Made by a program: the position numbers and the translations under genes | Notes under the pieces: generated by a model | Told to the model about the DNA's origin: nothing | What the model saw: the letters and a program-made list of their open reading frames with translations, nothing else | Database searches by the model: none | Origin: Escherichia phage vB_EcoM_Lutter | DNA length: 64,000 nt | Sequence record: NC_054924.1 | Direction: 5' to 3' (one strand) | Shown here: positions 10,455 through 20,745 of the stretch, piece by piece | Position numbering within the stretch: position 1 is the first letter of the stretch | Layout: each line of letters begins with the position of its first letter

Positions 10455-11629
10455 TGAGTATGTTGCAACGCCCCGGATATCCAAATCTCAGCGTTAAATT
10501 ATTTGATAGCTACGACGCTTGGAGTAATAATAGATTTGTTGAATTAGCTGCTACTATTACCACATTAACTATGCGGGATTCTCTTTATGGCCGAAATGAA
10601 GGGATGCTGCAGTTTTATGATTCTAAAAATATCCATACAAAAATGGATGGAAATGAAATAATTCAGATTTCTGTAGCTAATGCAAACGATATTAATAATG
10701 TTAAAACACGAATTTATGGATGTAAGCATTTTTCCGTGTCAGTAGATTCAAAAGGTGATAACATCATTGCTATTGAATTGGGAACTATTCATTCTATAGA
10801 AAATCTTAAATTTGGTAGACCATTTTTCCCTGATGCAGGTGAATCTATAAAAGAAATGCTTGGCGTCATTTATCAGGATCGCACATTATTAACTCCAGCA
10901 ATAAATGCTATAAATGCTTATGTTCCTGATATTCCATGGACTAGCACATTTGAAAACTATTTGTCATATGTAAGAGAAGTTGCTCTAGCTGTAGGAAGCG
11001 ACAAATTTGTATTTGTGTGGCAAGACATCATGGGAGTTAACATGATGGACTATGATATGATGATAAATCAAGAACCATATCCAATGATTGTCGGTGAGCC
11101 ATCTTTAATAGGTCAATTCATCCAAGAATTAAAATATCCATTAGCATATGATTTCGTTTGGTTGACTAAATCGAATCCTCACAAACGTGACCCAATGAAA
11201 AATGCTACTATCTATGCTCATTCATTTTTAGATTCTTCATTGCCAATGATTACTACAGGAAAGGGTGAAAACTCTATTGTAGTGTCAAGGTCAGGTGCTT
11301 ATTCTGAAATGACTTATAGGAATGGATATGAAGAAGCTATTCGTCTTCAAACTATGGCACAATATGACGGTTATGCTAAATGTTCTACTGTCGGTAATTT
11401 TAACTTGACTCCTGGTGTTAAAATTATTTTTAATGATAGTAAAAATCAATTTAAAACCGAATTTTACGTTGATGAAGTTATCCACGAATTATCAAATAAT
11501 AATTCCGTAACTCATCTATATATGTTCACTAATGCAACGAAACTGGAAACAATAGACCCAGTTAAGGTTAAAAATGAATTTAAATCTGATACTACCACTG
11601 AAGAAAGTAGTTCTTCCAATAAGCAATAA
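10454..11629 (+). CDS. 27: Baseplate hub protein gp27
   Basis: 391 aa. Confidence 0.85.
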   Translation: MSMLQRPGYPNLSVKLFDSYDAWSNNRFVELAATITTLTMRDSLYGRNEGMLQFYDSKNIHTKMDGNEIIQISVANANDINNVKTRIYGCKHFSVSVDSKGDNIIAIELGTIHSIENLKFGRPFFPDAGESIKEMLGVIYQDRTLLTPAINAINAYVPDIPWTSTFENYLSYVREVALAVGSDKFVFVWQDIMGVNMMDYDMMINQEPYPMIVGEPSLIGQFIQELKYPLAYDFVWLTKSNPHKRDPMKNATIYAHSFLDSSLPMITTGKGENSIVVSRSGAYSEMTYRNGYEEAIRLQTMAQYDGYAKCSTVGNFNLTPGVKIIFNDSKNQFKTEFYVDEVIHELSNNNSVTHLYMFTNATKLETIDPVKVKNEFKSDTTTEESSSSNKQ

Positions 11630-12107
11630 AGAAGTTTCTATTCCTAAAATGGGTCTTAAACATTATAACATTTTAAAGGATGTTAAAGGTCCTGATGAAA
11701 ATTTAAAACTTCTTATTGATTCTATTTGTCCGAATTTATCACCGGCAGAAGTTGATTTCGTTTCTATTCATTTATTGGAATTTAATGGAAAGATTAAATC
11801 TCGTAAAGAAATAGATGGCTATACTTATGACATTAATGATGTCTATGTATGCCAAAGATTAGAATTTCAATACCAAGGAAATACATTTTATTTTAGACCT
11901 CCTGGAAAATTTGAACAATTTTTAACGGTGAGCGATATGTTATCTAAATGCTTGCTTAAGGTCAATGATGAAGTTAAAGAAATTAATTTTCTTGAGATGC
12001 CAGCATTCGTTTTAAAATGGGCAAATGATATTTTTACAACTTTAGCAATTCCTGGCCCTAATGGTCCAATAACTGGAATTGGCAATATTATTGGATTATT
12101 TGAATGA
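11574..12107 (+). CDS. 28: Baseplate hub distal protein gp28
   Basis: 177 aa; start overlaps the 3' end of gene 27 by 56 nt. Confidence 0.8.
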   Translation: MNLNLILPLKKVVLPISNKEVSIPKMGLKHYNILKDVKGPDENLKLLIDSICPNLSPAEVDFVSIHLLEFNGKIKSRKEIDGYTYDINDVYVCQRLEFQYQGNTFYFRPPGKFEQFLTVSDMLSKCLLKVNDEVKEINFLEMPAFVLKWANDIFTTLAIPGPNGPITGIGNIIGLFE

Positions 12108-13876
12108 AAAAGCCACAAGAAATGCAAACGATGCGTAGAAAAGTTATTTCAGATAATAAACCAACACAGGAAGCGGCTAAATCCGCTTCTAATACTTTAT
12201 CTGGACTTAATGATATATCTACGAAATTGGATGATGCTCAAGCTGCCTCTGAATTAATAGCTCAAACTGTCGAAGAAAAATCGAATGAAATAATTGGAGC
12301 AATTGATAACGTAGAAAGCGCAGTGAGTGATACTACTGCTGGTTCTGAGTTAATTGCTGAAACTGTCGAAATTGGCAACAATATTAATAAAGAAATCGGT
12401 GAATCACTCGGAAGCAAATTAGATAAATTAACAAGTTTACTAGAGCAAAAAATTCAGACAGCTGGAATTCAACAGACGGGAACTAGTTTAGCCACGGTTG
12501 AAAGCGCTATTCCTGTTAAAGTCGTTGAGGATGATACTGCCGAATCTGTGGGTCCTTTATTACCAGCTCCCGAAGCAGTTAATAATGATCCTGACGCTGA
12601 TTTTTTCCCTACCCCTCAACCAGTTGAACCCAAACAAGAATCACCAGAAGAAAAACAGAAAAAAGAAGCATTTAACTTAAAATTATCTCAAGCTTTAGAT
12701 AAATTAACAAAGACAGTTGATTTTGGATTTAAGAAATCCATTTCAATTACTGATAAAATATCAAGCATGCTATTTAAGTACACCGTCAGTGCTGCTATTG
12801 AAGCTGCTAAAATGACTGCAATGATATTGGCTGTTGTTGTTGGAATAGACCTTTTGATGGTTCACTTTAAATATTGGTCAGATAAATTTTCGCAGGCTTG
12901 GGATTTGTTTAGTACAGACTTTACTAAATTCTCTAGCGAAACCGGAACATGGGGTCCTTTATTACAGAGCATCTTTAGTTCTATTGATGAAATTAAAAAG
13001 TTCTGGGAAGCGGGAGATTGGGGTGGATTAACAGTAGCTATTGTTGAAGGGCTTGGAAAGGTTCTTTTTAATTTAGGTGAACTTATTCAGCTTGGAATGG
13101 CTAAATTATCTGCTGCAATTCTTCGAGTCATTCCTGGCATGAAGGATACTGCTGATGAAGTAGAAGGAAGAGCACTAGAAAATTTCCAAAATTCTACTGG
13201 AGCATCTCTCAATAAAGAAGACCAGGAAAAAGTTGCAAATTATCAAGATAAACGAATGAATGGAGACCTTGGTCCGATAGCAAAAGGATTAGATAAAATT
13301 GCTAATTGGAAAACTCGTGCATCTAATTGGATTCGTGGGGTTGATAATAAAGAAGCACTGACTACCGACGAAGAACGTGCAGCAGAAGAAGAAAAATTAA
13401 AGCAACTTTCGCCTGAAGAAAGAAAAAATGCTTTAATGAAGGCTAATGAAGCCCGTGCCGCAATGATTCGCTTTGAAAAATATGCTGATTCAGCTGATAT
13501 GAGTAAAGACTCAACGGTTAAATCAGTTGAATCTGCCTATGAAGACCTTAAAAAACGGATGGATGACCCGGATTTAAACAATTCACCGGCAGTTAAAAAA
13601 GAACTTGCTGCTAGATTTTCTAAAATTGATGCTACTTATCAAGAGCTCAAGAAAAATCAGCCTAATGCCAAACCTGAAACTTCTGCTAAATCGCCAGAAG
13701 CGAAACAGGTCCAGGTTATTGAAAAGAACAAAGCACAGCAAGCTCCTGTTCAGCAAGCATCTCCTTCAATCAATAATACTAATAATGTTATTAAGAAAAA
13801 TACTGTCGTTCATAATATGACACCCGTAACGAGCACGACTGCTCCTGGTGTATTTGATGCGACTGGAGTTAATTAA
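12104..13876 (+). CDS. 29: Tail tube length determinant / baseplate hub gp29
   Basis: 590 aa; ATGA overlap with gene 28; coiled-coil-rich with a central hydrophobic segment. Confidence 0.85.
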   Translation: MKKPQEMQTMRRKVISDNKPTQEAAKSASNTLSGLNDISTKLDDAQAASELIAQTVEEKSNEIIGAIDNVESAVSDTTAGSELIAETVEIGNNINKEIGESLGSKLDKLTSLLEQKIQTAGIQQTGTSLATVESAIPVKVVEDDTAESVGPLLPAPEAVNNDPDADFFPTPQPVEPKQESPEEKQKKEAFNLKLSQALDKLTKTVDFGFKKSISITDKISSMLFKYTVSAAIEAAKMTAMILAVVVGIDLLMVHFKYWSDKFSQAWDLFSTDFTKFSSETGTWGPLLQSIFSSIDEIKKFWEAGDWGGLTVAIVEGLGKVLFNLGELIQLGMAKLSAAILRVIPGMKDTADEVEGRALENFQNSTGASLNKEDQEKVANYQDKRMNGDLGPIAKGLDKIANWKTRASNWIRGVDNKEALTTDEERAAEEEKLKQLSPEERKNALMKANEARAAMIRFEKYADSADMSKDSTVKSVESAYEDLKKRMDDPDLNNSPAVKKELAARFSKIDATYQELKKNQPNAKPETSAKSPEAKQVQVIEKNKAQQAPVQQASPSINNTNNVIKKNTVVHNMTPVTSTTAPGVFDATGVN

Positions 13877-13884
13877 GGAATAAT

Positions 13885-14979
13885 ATGGCAATTGTTAAAG
13901 AAATAACTACTGATTTAATTAAAAAGTCCGGTGAGAAAATTTCAGCCGGACAGAGCACTAAATCAGAAGTAGTAACTAAAACATACACTGCCCAGTTTCC
14001 AACTGGGCGTGCTAGTGGTAATGACACTACAGGGGACTTCCAGGTAACAGATCTATATAAGAATGGATTATTATTTACTGCATACAATATGTCATCTAGG
14101 GATTCTGGAAGTCTTAGATCGATGAGATCTAACTACTCTTCTTCATCTTCGAGTATTTTAAGTACAGCTAGAAACACTATTAGTAGTACAGTATCAAAAC
14201 TATCAAATGGATTAATATCAAATAATAATTCAGGAACAATAAGTAAAGCTCCTGTCGCAAACATTCTTTTACCGAGATCTAAATCTGATGTTGACACATC
14301 ATCACATAGATTTAATGATGTTCAAGAAAGCCTTATCAGTAGAGGCGGAGGTACTGCTACTGGTGTGCTAAGTAATGTTGCTTCAACTGCAGTATTTGGG
14401 GCACTGGAAAGTATAACACAAGGTATAATGGCTGATAATAATGAACAGATTTATACGACAGCCAGAAGTATGTATGGTGGTGCTGAAAATAGAACTAAAG
14501 TGTTTACATGGGATTTGACTCCACGTTCAACAGAAGATTTAATGGCTATTATTAATATCTATCAATATTTTAACTATTTTTCTTATGGTGAAACAGGTAA
14601 ATCTCAATACGCTGCTGAAATAAAGGGGTATTTAGATGATTGGTATCGTTCTACGTTAATTGAACCTTTATCTCCGGAAGACGCAGCTAAAAATAAAACA
14701 CTATTTGAGAAAATGACAGCAAGTTTAACGAACGTTCTTGTAGTTTCAAACCCGACAGTTTGGATGGTGAAAAACTTTGGTGCAACATCTAAGTTTGATG
14801 GAAAAACGGAAATATTTGGTCCATGCCAAATACAGAGCATTAGATTTGATAAAACACCTAATGGTAACTTTAACGGATTAGCTATTGCTCCAAACCTCCC
14901 TAGTACATTTACTCTCGAGATTACTATGAGAGAAATTATCACGTTAAACCGTGCTTCTTTATATGCGGGGGCTTTTTAA
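13885..14979 (+). CDS. 48: Baseplate-tail tube junction protein gp48
   Basis: 364 aa. Confidence 0.85.
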   Translation: MAIVKEITTDLIKKSGEKISAGQSTKSEVVTKTYTAQFPTGRASGNDTTGDFQVTDLYKNGLLFTAYNMSSRDSGSLRSMRSNYSSSSSSILSTARNTISSTVSKLSNGLISNNNSGTISKAPVANILLPRSKSDVDTSSHRFNDVQESLISRGGGTATGVLSNVASTAVFGALESITQGIMADNNEQIYTTARSMYGGAENRTKVFTWDLTPRSTEDLMAIINIYQYFNYFSYGETGKSQYAAEIKGYLDDWYRSTLIEPLSPEDAAKNKTLFEKMTASLTNVLVVSNPTVWMVKNFGATSKFDGKTEIFGPCQIQSIRFDKTPNGNFNGLAIAPNLPSTFTLEITMREIITLNRASLYAGAF

Positions 14980-15944
14980 TGTATTCTTTAGAGGAATTTA
15001 ATAATCAAGCAATAAACGCAGATTTCCAACGTAATAATATGTTTAGCTGCGTTTTTGCAACAACTCCATCAACTAAAAGCTCTTCGTTGATAAGTTCAAT
15101 TAGCAACTTTTCTTATAATAACTTGGGCCTAAATTCAAATTGGTTAGGATTAACTCAAGGTGATATTAATCAGGGAATTACCACGCTAATTACAGCTGGC
15201 ACACAAAAACTAATAAGAAAATCAGGAGTCAGTAAATATCTTATTGGTGCCATGAGTCAACGTACTGTCCAGAGTTTATTAGGCTCATTTACAGTCGGTA
15301 CATATTTAATCGATTTCTTTAATATGGCGTATAATTCATCTGGATTGATGATATATTCTGTAAAAATGCCAGAGAATAGATTATCTTATGAAACTGACTG
15401 GAACTATAATTCTCCTAATATTCGTATAACTGGGAGAGAATTAGACCCTTTGGTTATTTCATTTAGAATGGATTCAGAAGCTTGTAACTATCGTGCAATG
15501 CAAGACTGGGTTAACTCTGTTCAAGACCCAGTAACTGGACTACGTGCTTTGCCGCAAGATGTCGAGGCAGATATTCAGGTTAATCTTCATTCTCGTAATG
15601 GATTGCCTCATACTGCGGTGATGTTCACCGGATGCATTCCAATATCAGTGAGCGCTCCTGAGTTATCATATGATGGAGATAACCAAATAACTACATTTGA
15701 CGTTACTTTTGCGTATAGAGTGATGCAGGCTGGAGCAGTTGATAGGCAAGCTGCGCTTGAATGGCTTGAATCTGCTGCTATAAATGGTATTCAAAGCGTT
15801 CTCGGAAATAGTGGAGGTGTTACTGGACTATCTAATTCGCTTTCACGACTCAGTAGATTAGGGGGAACTGCAGGAAGCATTTCAAACATTAATACTATGA
15901 CAGGAATTGTCAATTCGCAAAGTAAAATATTAGGAGCAATATAA
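14979..15944 (+). CDS. 54: Baseplate-tail tube junction protein gp54
   Basis: 321 aa; paralogous flavour to gp48. Confidence 0.85.
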   Translation: MYSLEEFNNQAINADFQRNNMFSCVFATTPSTKSSSLISSISNFSYNNLGLNSNWLGLTQGDINQGITTLITAGTQKLIRKSGVSKYLIGAMSQRTVQSLLGSFTVGTYLIDFFNMAYNSSGLMIYSVKMPENRLSYETDWNYNSPNIRITGRELDPLVISFRMDSEACNYRAMQDWVNSVQDPVTGLRALPQDVEADIQVNLHSRNGLPHTAVMFTGCIPISVSAPELSYDGDNQITTFDVTFAYRVMQAGAVDRQAALEWLESAAINGIQSVLGNSGGVTGLSNSLSRLSRLGGTAGSISNINTMTGIVNSQSKILGAI

Positions 15945-15948
15945 CAAC

Positions 15949-15978
15949 GGGGACCTTTCGGTCCCCATATTTTTATTT
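15949..15978 (+). terminator. Rho-independent terminator after gene 54
   Basis: ggggacctttcggtcccc hairpin followed by a T-run. Confidence 0.7.
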
Positions 15979-16263
15979 GCGGAATGAAATGAAAGCAGAA
16001 ACTGAAGCAACTAAACTGTCTTCAATATAAACTTCAATTTTTACCGGAGCTTCTGACTCAAATTTACCTGTTACTACACCCTGAAAAATACTTTCAGTCT
16101 GTTCTGGCTTTGAAAAATTTTCAGAAGGAAAAATTCCGAACTTTTTATCTGTTCCGAAAATTTTGATAAATTCATCATAAACTGCTTCGTTAAAAGCATT
16201 ATCAGCAGGAATAACGCCTTCAACTACAAGTTCTTGACCTAAAAAGCGTAAAGAAGATTTCAT
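15973..16263 (-). CDS. Hypothetical protein downstream of alt (alt.-3-like position)
   Basis: 96 aa ORF with an RBS (GAGGAA) and the repeated early-promoter module immediately upstream. Confidence 0.55.
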   Translation of the reverse strand: MKSSLRFLGQELVVEGVIPADNAFNEAVYDEFIKIFGTDKKFGIFPSENFSKPEQTESIFQGVVTGKFESEAPVKIEVYIEDSLVASVSAFISFRK

Positions 16264-16270
16264 TTTGTGT

Positions 16271-16324
16271 TCCTCATGTTATGTCAGTAAGACTACTATA
16301 ACACAACACGAGGGACTTGTAAAC
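16271..16324. repeat. 54-bp promoter/leader module, copy 1 (identical to 30548..30601)
   Basis: Exact 54-nt identity with the second locus; contains GTTTAC and TATAGT hexamers on the minus strand. Confidence 0.9.
16295..16324 (-). promoter_or_regulatory. Early sigma70-type promoter (GTTTAC ... TATAGT)
   Basis: -35 GTTTAC and -10 TATAGT on the minus strand, upstream of ORF 15973..16263. Confidence 0.6.
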
Positions 16325-16680
16325 TACATTTTGAACTTTTTAGTACGCGTAATAGGCATGCGTCAATTTTATACTGTTTCATTGTTTGAAGAGCAGTATC
16401 AAAAACAGCATTAATGACGCCAATTGGATTTCCACCCAAGTTTTTAAGTTTAACTAATGATAGTTTCTCATTAACACCTATCATTACGATATGCATCATT
16501 TTGTCGCCTGGTTTAACGTTTTATCTGTATCACCGCCAGAGGTGTATGTACAAAATCTAAATCCAGGAAGCACGCTTTCTTCGCCGGCTTGAATAGCAAA
16601 AATTTGTGGTATTTTATGCTTAGGATTTAAGTTAACAACCGGCGCCGAAGCGCCGTCAAATAATTATGTAATAAGTTCCA
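16296..16680 (-). pseudogene. Decayed partial duplicate of the alt 5' region (alt paralog remnant; T4 alt.-1/alt.-2-like)
   Basis: DNA and protein similarity to alt codons ~1-120 (MMHIVMIGVNEKLSLVKLKNLGGNPIGVINAVF vs MMHIVPFTLTAKGSIAKLKGLGPSPINYINSVF); the copy of the first codons reads MELIT then stop; frame broken. Confidence 0.7.
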
Positions 16681-16684
16681 TGAT

Positions 16685-18781
16685 TTATCCTTGAACGAAC
16701 TTGTAAGGCATGTTTGCAATATCTATGCAAGACGCAATAATTCCAAGAGATGATTCTACTTTCTGTTTAACATTTGATGAAACAAATGATGCAAAGTCAA
16801 CTCTGTCTTCTATTTCAATATCACCTGTCATTGCAACCAATTCACCAGTTTCCATTAAATGGTCTCCATCATAGATTACCGATTCGGTGAGCTCTTCCGT
16901 GGTCATAACTTCAGCTTGAATGAGTTTTGTATTATTAGATGTTGTTCCGTCATTATTAGAAGCATCAGTTATTTTATTAACTTTGACCATCAATCCACGC
17001 GGTAGAATAACTTCAGCTTCTGTTGCTATTCCGAGACTTCCTGGATATACAACATTAACTTTATGAGCTCCATCAATTGCCCATCCTATTTGAACTTTAA
17101 CGTATTCAGGATTTTCTTTATACGCTCTTATTTCGTTTGGATTAATAGTTATTCCTTCTTCATTTTTATCAACTGTTAATTCATTGCGAGCTTCTGGTTC
17201 TAAAAGACCAATACCAGCATGTGTAATTCCAAAACGTCCAAAAATGATAGGAGTTAAAGAAGTAGATACAAAATTTCTGAAATAGAATACTTTATTTTTA
17301 ACTAGTGCTTCGTATATAGGAGCAGTCATACTTTGAGCACGATAAACTGTAATGCCTTCTGGTATACGATCACCATTTTCAAAAGCAGAATCTAAATTAG
17401 TTATAGCAGCTTCAATTTCTTTTTCACTCATTACTTCATAACGTTCTGGATCATAACGACCCAAAAGAAGATTATTGATGTCAGTATATCCTGAACCGCA
17501 ATACTCTCTAATGCCACGCTTTTGTGATGGAGTATATTTAGAACCATCACGGGCAATAGTAATATCAATCATTGGACCTGCACCAATTCCAGAGAAACTA
17601 TAAATCATTCTTTTGAGGAATTTAGTTTTTGTCGCGTTCCAGGAATTTTTAGTTATTTCTTCCCAGACTTCATCTGGCTGTCCTTTACGGGTTTTATTAT
17701 GTTTATCAAGCCAAGTATCTTTATATTCTTCAAATAATTGATTAACAGCTGCTGCGTATTTCTCTAAACATTTTATTGAAGTAGTCGGTTCATTTTTAAT
17801 CGCATTAAGAATTACATCTTTAATTTTTTCAGAAACTTCATTAACCTCACTTTTTGAAAAGAATTTATAGTCATAATGAAGTTCATCTGCAGTTCCTTCG
17901 GCAATGATTTTTGCTGCCTTAGTTTTAGAAGCTAATGAATTAATTCCAATTTTCATTTCTTCTGCTTCGGGAATTAAAGGTGCAGTAGCTGGTTTATTAA
18001 AATTAGCTGCTGTAGATTCATACTTCTGGAATAATTCACTTTCAAATCTAGAAGACTCTAATGATTGACTTTGTGCAATTGCTCTACGGGAAATTTTAAC
18101 TTTAACGATTACAGCTTGGTCAGAACGTTTATCATTTTCTTGTGCAATAGATGCTGCAATTGCCTCATTTTTAGTTACTTGAGCTCCAGTATCTTTATTG
18201 ATATAAACATCACCGACCTTCGATTCAACTTTAGTAAAGAGCTCAGTACTAATTTCCGGAACCCCTGGAATGTCTTCTAGTGATACATTTTTGCGATGTA
18301 TAAGAATATATGCATACTTTTTATCATAATCCCAGAGTTCCTTAAGAAGGACGTATCTGCCACCTGAACGACTACGGATAAGTCTATCAGCAATAACTTG
18401 AATTTGTCGAGCTTGACCAGCAGTTTTAGACTTAAGAATACGGAGCATACAGGCATCAATTTTATACTGACGCATTGTTTGCATTGCAACAGTAAAAACC
18501 GAATTGATATAATTAATTGGGCTTGGACCAAGACCTTTCAATTTAGCAATTGAACCTTTAGCGGTTAATGTAAAAGGAACAATATGCATCATTTTATCGC
18601 CCATCTTTAAATCGCGATTAGTATCACCTCCAGATGTATAGGTACATAAACGAAAACCTGGTTGTTCAATTGCGTCATCAACATGAACTGAAAAAATTTG
18701 TGGTATTTTCTTCTTTGGATTTAAGTTTGTAATTGGAAGAGTAGTATCTTCGTCAAATAATTCTGTAATTAGTTCCATCAT
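16685..18781 (-). CDS. alt: Alt, virion-packaged ADP-ribosyltransferase
   Basis: 698 aa; sequence and position between gene 54 and gene 30. Confidence 0.85.
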   Translation of the reverse strand: MMELITELFDEDTTLPITNLNPKKKIPQIFSVHVDDAIEQPGFRLCTYTSGGDTNRDLKMGDKMMHIVPFTLTAKGSIAKLKGLGPSPINYINSVFTVAMQTMRQYKIDACMLRILKSKTAGQARQIQVIADRLIRSRSGGRYVLLKELWDYDKKYAYILIHRKNVSLEDIPGVPEISTELFTKVESKVGDVYINKDTGAQVTKNEAIAASIAQENDKRSDQAVIVKVKISRRAIAQSQSLESSRFESELFQKYESTAANFNKPATAPLIPEAEEMKIGINSLASKTKAAKIIAEGTADELHYDYKFFSKSEVNEVSEKIKDVILNAIKNEPTTSIKCLEKYAAAVNQLFEEYKDTWLDKHNKTRKGQPDEVWEEITKNSWNATKTKFLKRMIYSFSGIGAGPMIDITIARDGSKYTPSQKRGIREYCGSGYTDINNLLLGRYDPERYEVMSEKEIEAAITNLDSAFENGDRIPEGITVYRAQSMTAPIYEALVKNKVFYFRNFVSTSLTPIIFGRFGITHAGIGLLEPEARNELTVDKNEEGITINPNEIRAYKENPEYVKVQIGWAIDGAHKVNVVYPGSLGIATEAEVILPRGLMVKVNKITDASNNDGTTSNNTKLIQAEVMTTEELTESVIYDGDHLMETGELVAMTGDIEIEDRVDFASFVSSNVKQKVESSLGIIASCIDIANMPYKFVQG

Positions 18782-18801
18782 ATCCTCTCTAGTGTTTATT
18801 C

Positions 18802-18809
18802 TATTTATA
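18802..18809 (-). promoter_or_regulatory. Late promoter (TATAAATA on the minus strand) upstream of alt
   Basis: Plus-strand TATTTATA about 20 nt upstream of the alt start. Confidence 0.5.
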
Positions 18810-18830
18810 AAATTAAAGGCCCGAAGGCCT

Positions 18831-19019
18831 TTAGTAATCTAGTGGTAAGAGAGTACGATATATTTCAAACTTTGGTCCTTTTTCATAGGCATCAAATGTT
18901 TCTGTAAATTTATTATAAGCGTATGCATCTACAAATTCGAGAATGACTTGTGATACAGAAGTAGAAACATCTCCACCTTCTTTTTGAGCAATGACAATTG
19001 TTTCTAAGTAAGCTTTCAT
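18831..19019 (-). CDS. Hypothetical small protein
   Basis: 62 aa ORF between gene 30 and alt; a hairpin overlaps its 3' end. Confidence 0.45.
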   Translation of the reverse strand: MKAYLETIVIAQKEGGDVSTSVSQVILEFVDAYAYNKFTETFDAYEKGPKFEIYRTLLPLDY

Positions 19020-20479
19020 AGACCAGTTACCTCATGAAAATCACCAAATACATCCTCGAATGTATTAGCTTTAGTTTTATCTTCACGTAAACGAATCGCA
19101 ATCGGAAGAAATAATTTAACGTAATCAGTGCGGCCATCAGATTTTAACCAACCGTTGCATTCGCACTCTAGAATTTTTCCAATATAATAATTTTGGTTTT
19201 CCATAATGCGAGTACGGTCAAGTTCATGTGATTTTACACCGGCTTTATCTTTTAAGCCTGAACCAGCATTTACCTTAATTTTTCCACACTCTGACTCAAG
19301 AATAAATCCACCCGCTTTAGTAGGGTCTTTACGGTGAGGATAAATTCCTACAATTTTTAAATCAACATCAATTACTTCTTTAAATTTATAGAGATTTTTT
19401 GAACGAGCATTTTCCCATAATCCATCGATATTTTTGAGAATAATACCTTCAAGACCTTGGTCAATATACTTTTTATAAATTACCTTAGCTTCATCTAGGT
19501 TATTTACTACCTGGTTTTCAATTAAAATTACTTTATCATAGCCTGATGTCATTTGTTCTAGTTTAGAAAAACGTACATCATATTTTAAACGAAACGCCGG
19601 AAGACCGTATATTTCTACCAACGGGACATAATCCCAGACCTGAAACTTCATGCATTGAGCTTCTTTTTCGGAAATGGTTCCCTTTAAAGATTTATTAGCG
19701 ATTCCATTAGAAGTAGTACGTGATTCAGCTACTTCGGCGAATTCTTTGGCTTTACTAATTTCAGGATAAGCATCAAAAAGAAAATCTAGGCCTTCTGGCT
19801 CCTTTTTAACTTGCTCATGGTATACCAATTCGCCATCAATTAACACGCCTTCTGGATGAATCTGGCGGGCTTCAGCGGTCATTTTGATTAATTCTTCCTT
19901 AAGAAGATCTAATCCTAGATATTCATTACCGGCTCGTGATAAAAGACGAACATCATCTAATTCATCACCTCTGACTTCGGCAAAGCACCGAGCCCCATCA
20001 GCTTTTAACTGGGCAAAGGCTGGAAATTTGATATTCTTATTAATGCCTTTTTCATCATAAGAACTTGCCAGCATTTGAGGTTGTTCAGGAATTAAACCTG
20101 GCCAAACTTTGTTTGCAATAGATACTGAAGCACCACATTCAAGGTCTCGCATCATCACTCGACGCAAAACTTCAGCATCATCTTTTTTACCATCGGTGAT
20201 ATATCCAGTTAATTCCTCAATTGCTGCATTTCCAGTCAATTTCCGAGTAGCTAATGTGAATTCAATGAAGTCAAGCATATCGGTAAGAGTCAACATTCCA
20301 AAACCCTGGGTAGCAATACCAGGTTTAGGCCATTTCTTGATATAATACTGCAGCCCACGAGAATAAGTCAGACGATATACTCGTTTAAGCAATTCATTAT
20401 CTTTATTCTTTTCAAGAATTGCTTGCTTCTGCTTAGTTGAACCAATAGATGCTATTTCGTTCAGAATTTTAAGAATCAT
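19016..20479 (-). CDS. 30: ATP-dependent DNA ligase
   Basis: 487 aa; adenylation motif KADGAR; N-terminus MILKILNEIASIGSTKQKQAILEKNKDNELL. Confidence 0.95.
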   Translation of the reverse strand: MILKILNEIASIGSTKQKQAILEKNKDNELLKRVYRLTYSRGLQYYIKKWPKPGIATQGFGMLTLTDMLDFIEFTLATRKLTGNAAIEELTGYITDGKKDDAEVLRRVMMRDLECGASVSIANKVWPGLIPEQPQMLASSYDEKGINKNIKFPAFAQLKADGARCFAEVRGDELDDVRLLSRAGNEYLGLDLLKEELIKMTAEARQIHPEGVLIDGELVYHEQVKKEPEGLDFLFDAYPEISKAKEFAEVAESRTTSNGIANKSLKGTISEKEAQCMKFQVWDYVPLVEIYGLPAFRLKYDVRFSKLEQMTSGYDKVILIENQVVNNLDEAKVIYKKYIDQGLEGIILKNIDGLWENARSKNLYKFKEVIDVDLKIVGIYPHRKDPTKAGGFILESECGKIKVNAGSGLKDKAGVKSHELDRTRIMENQNYYIGKILECECNGWLKSDGRTDYVKLFLPIAIRLREDKTKANTFEDVFGDFHEVTGL

Positions 20480-20745
20480 TGTTCATCCTTCAGAGTTTGA
20501 TTTACAGCTCTATTATAAATCAATTCATCATTAAGCTCAGTTAAAGACCTATGATATGTAGTTCTAACTTTATTTCCTTGCATCCAGTGCTTGATATAAA
20601 TGAAACCTTGCTCTACACATTTTTTAAAAATTCGTTCGTCTTTTTGAGCTCGGAATTCTGGATTGCATCTAAAAAATTGATTTACGTGACCGTAATCACG
20701 TGTAGTATTACCTTCATTTTCATAAATAGTGTGAACAACAAACAT
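20476..20745 (-). CDS. Hypothetical protein (30.1-like)
   Basis: 89 aa ORF, overlapping stop/start with neighbours. Confidence 0.55.
   Translation of the reverse strand: MFVVHTIYENEGNTTRDYGHVNQFFRCNPEFRAQKDERIFKKCVEQGFIYIKHWMQGNKVRTTYHRSLTELNDELIYNRAVNQTLKDEQ

Noticed and set aside
16296-16499. 67-aa ORF as an independent gene
   Set aside because: It is better explained as the conserved core of the decayed alt 5' duplicate; it is recorded under that pseudogene feature, though translation of the fragment is not excluded.
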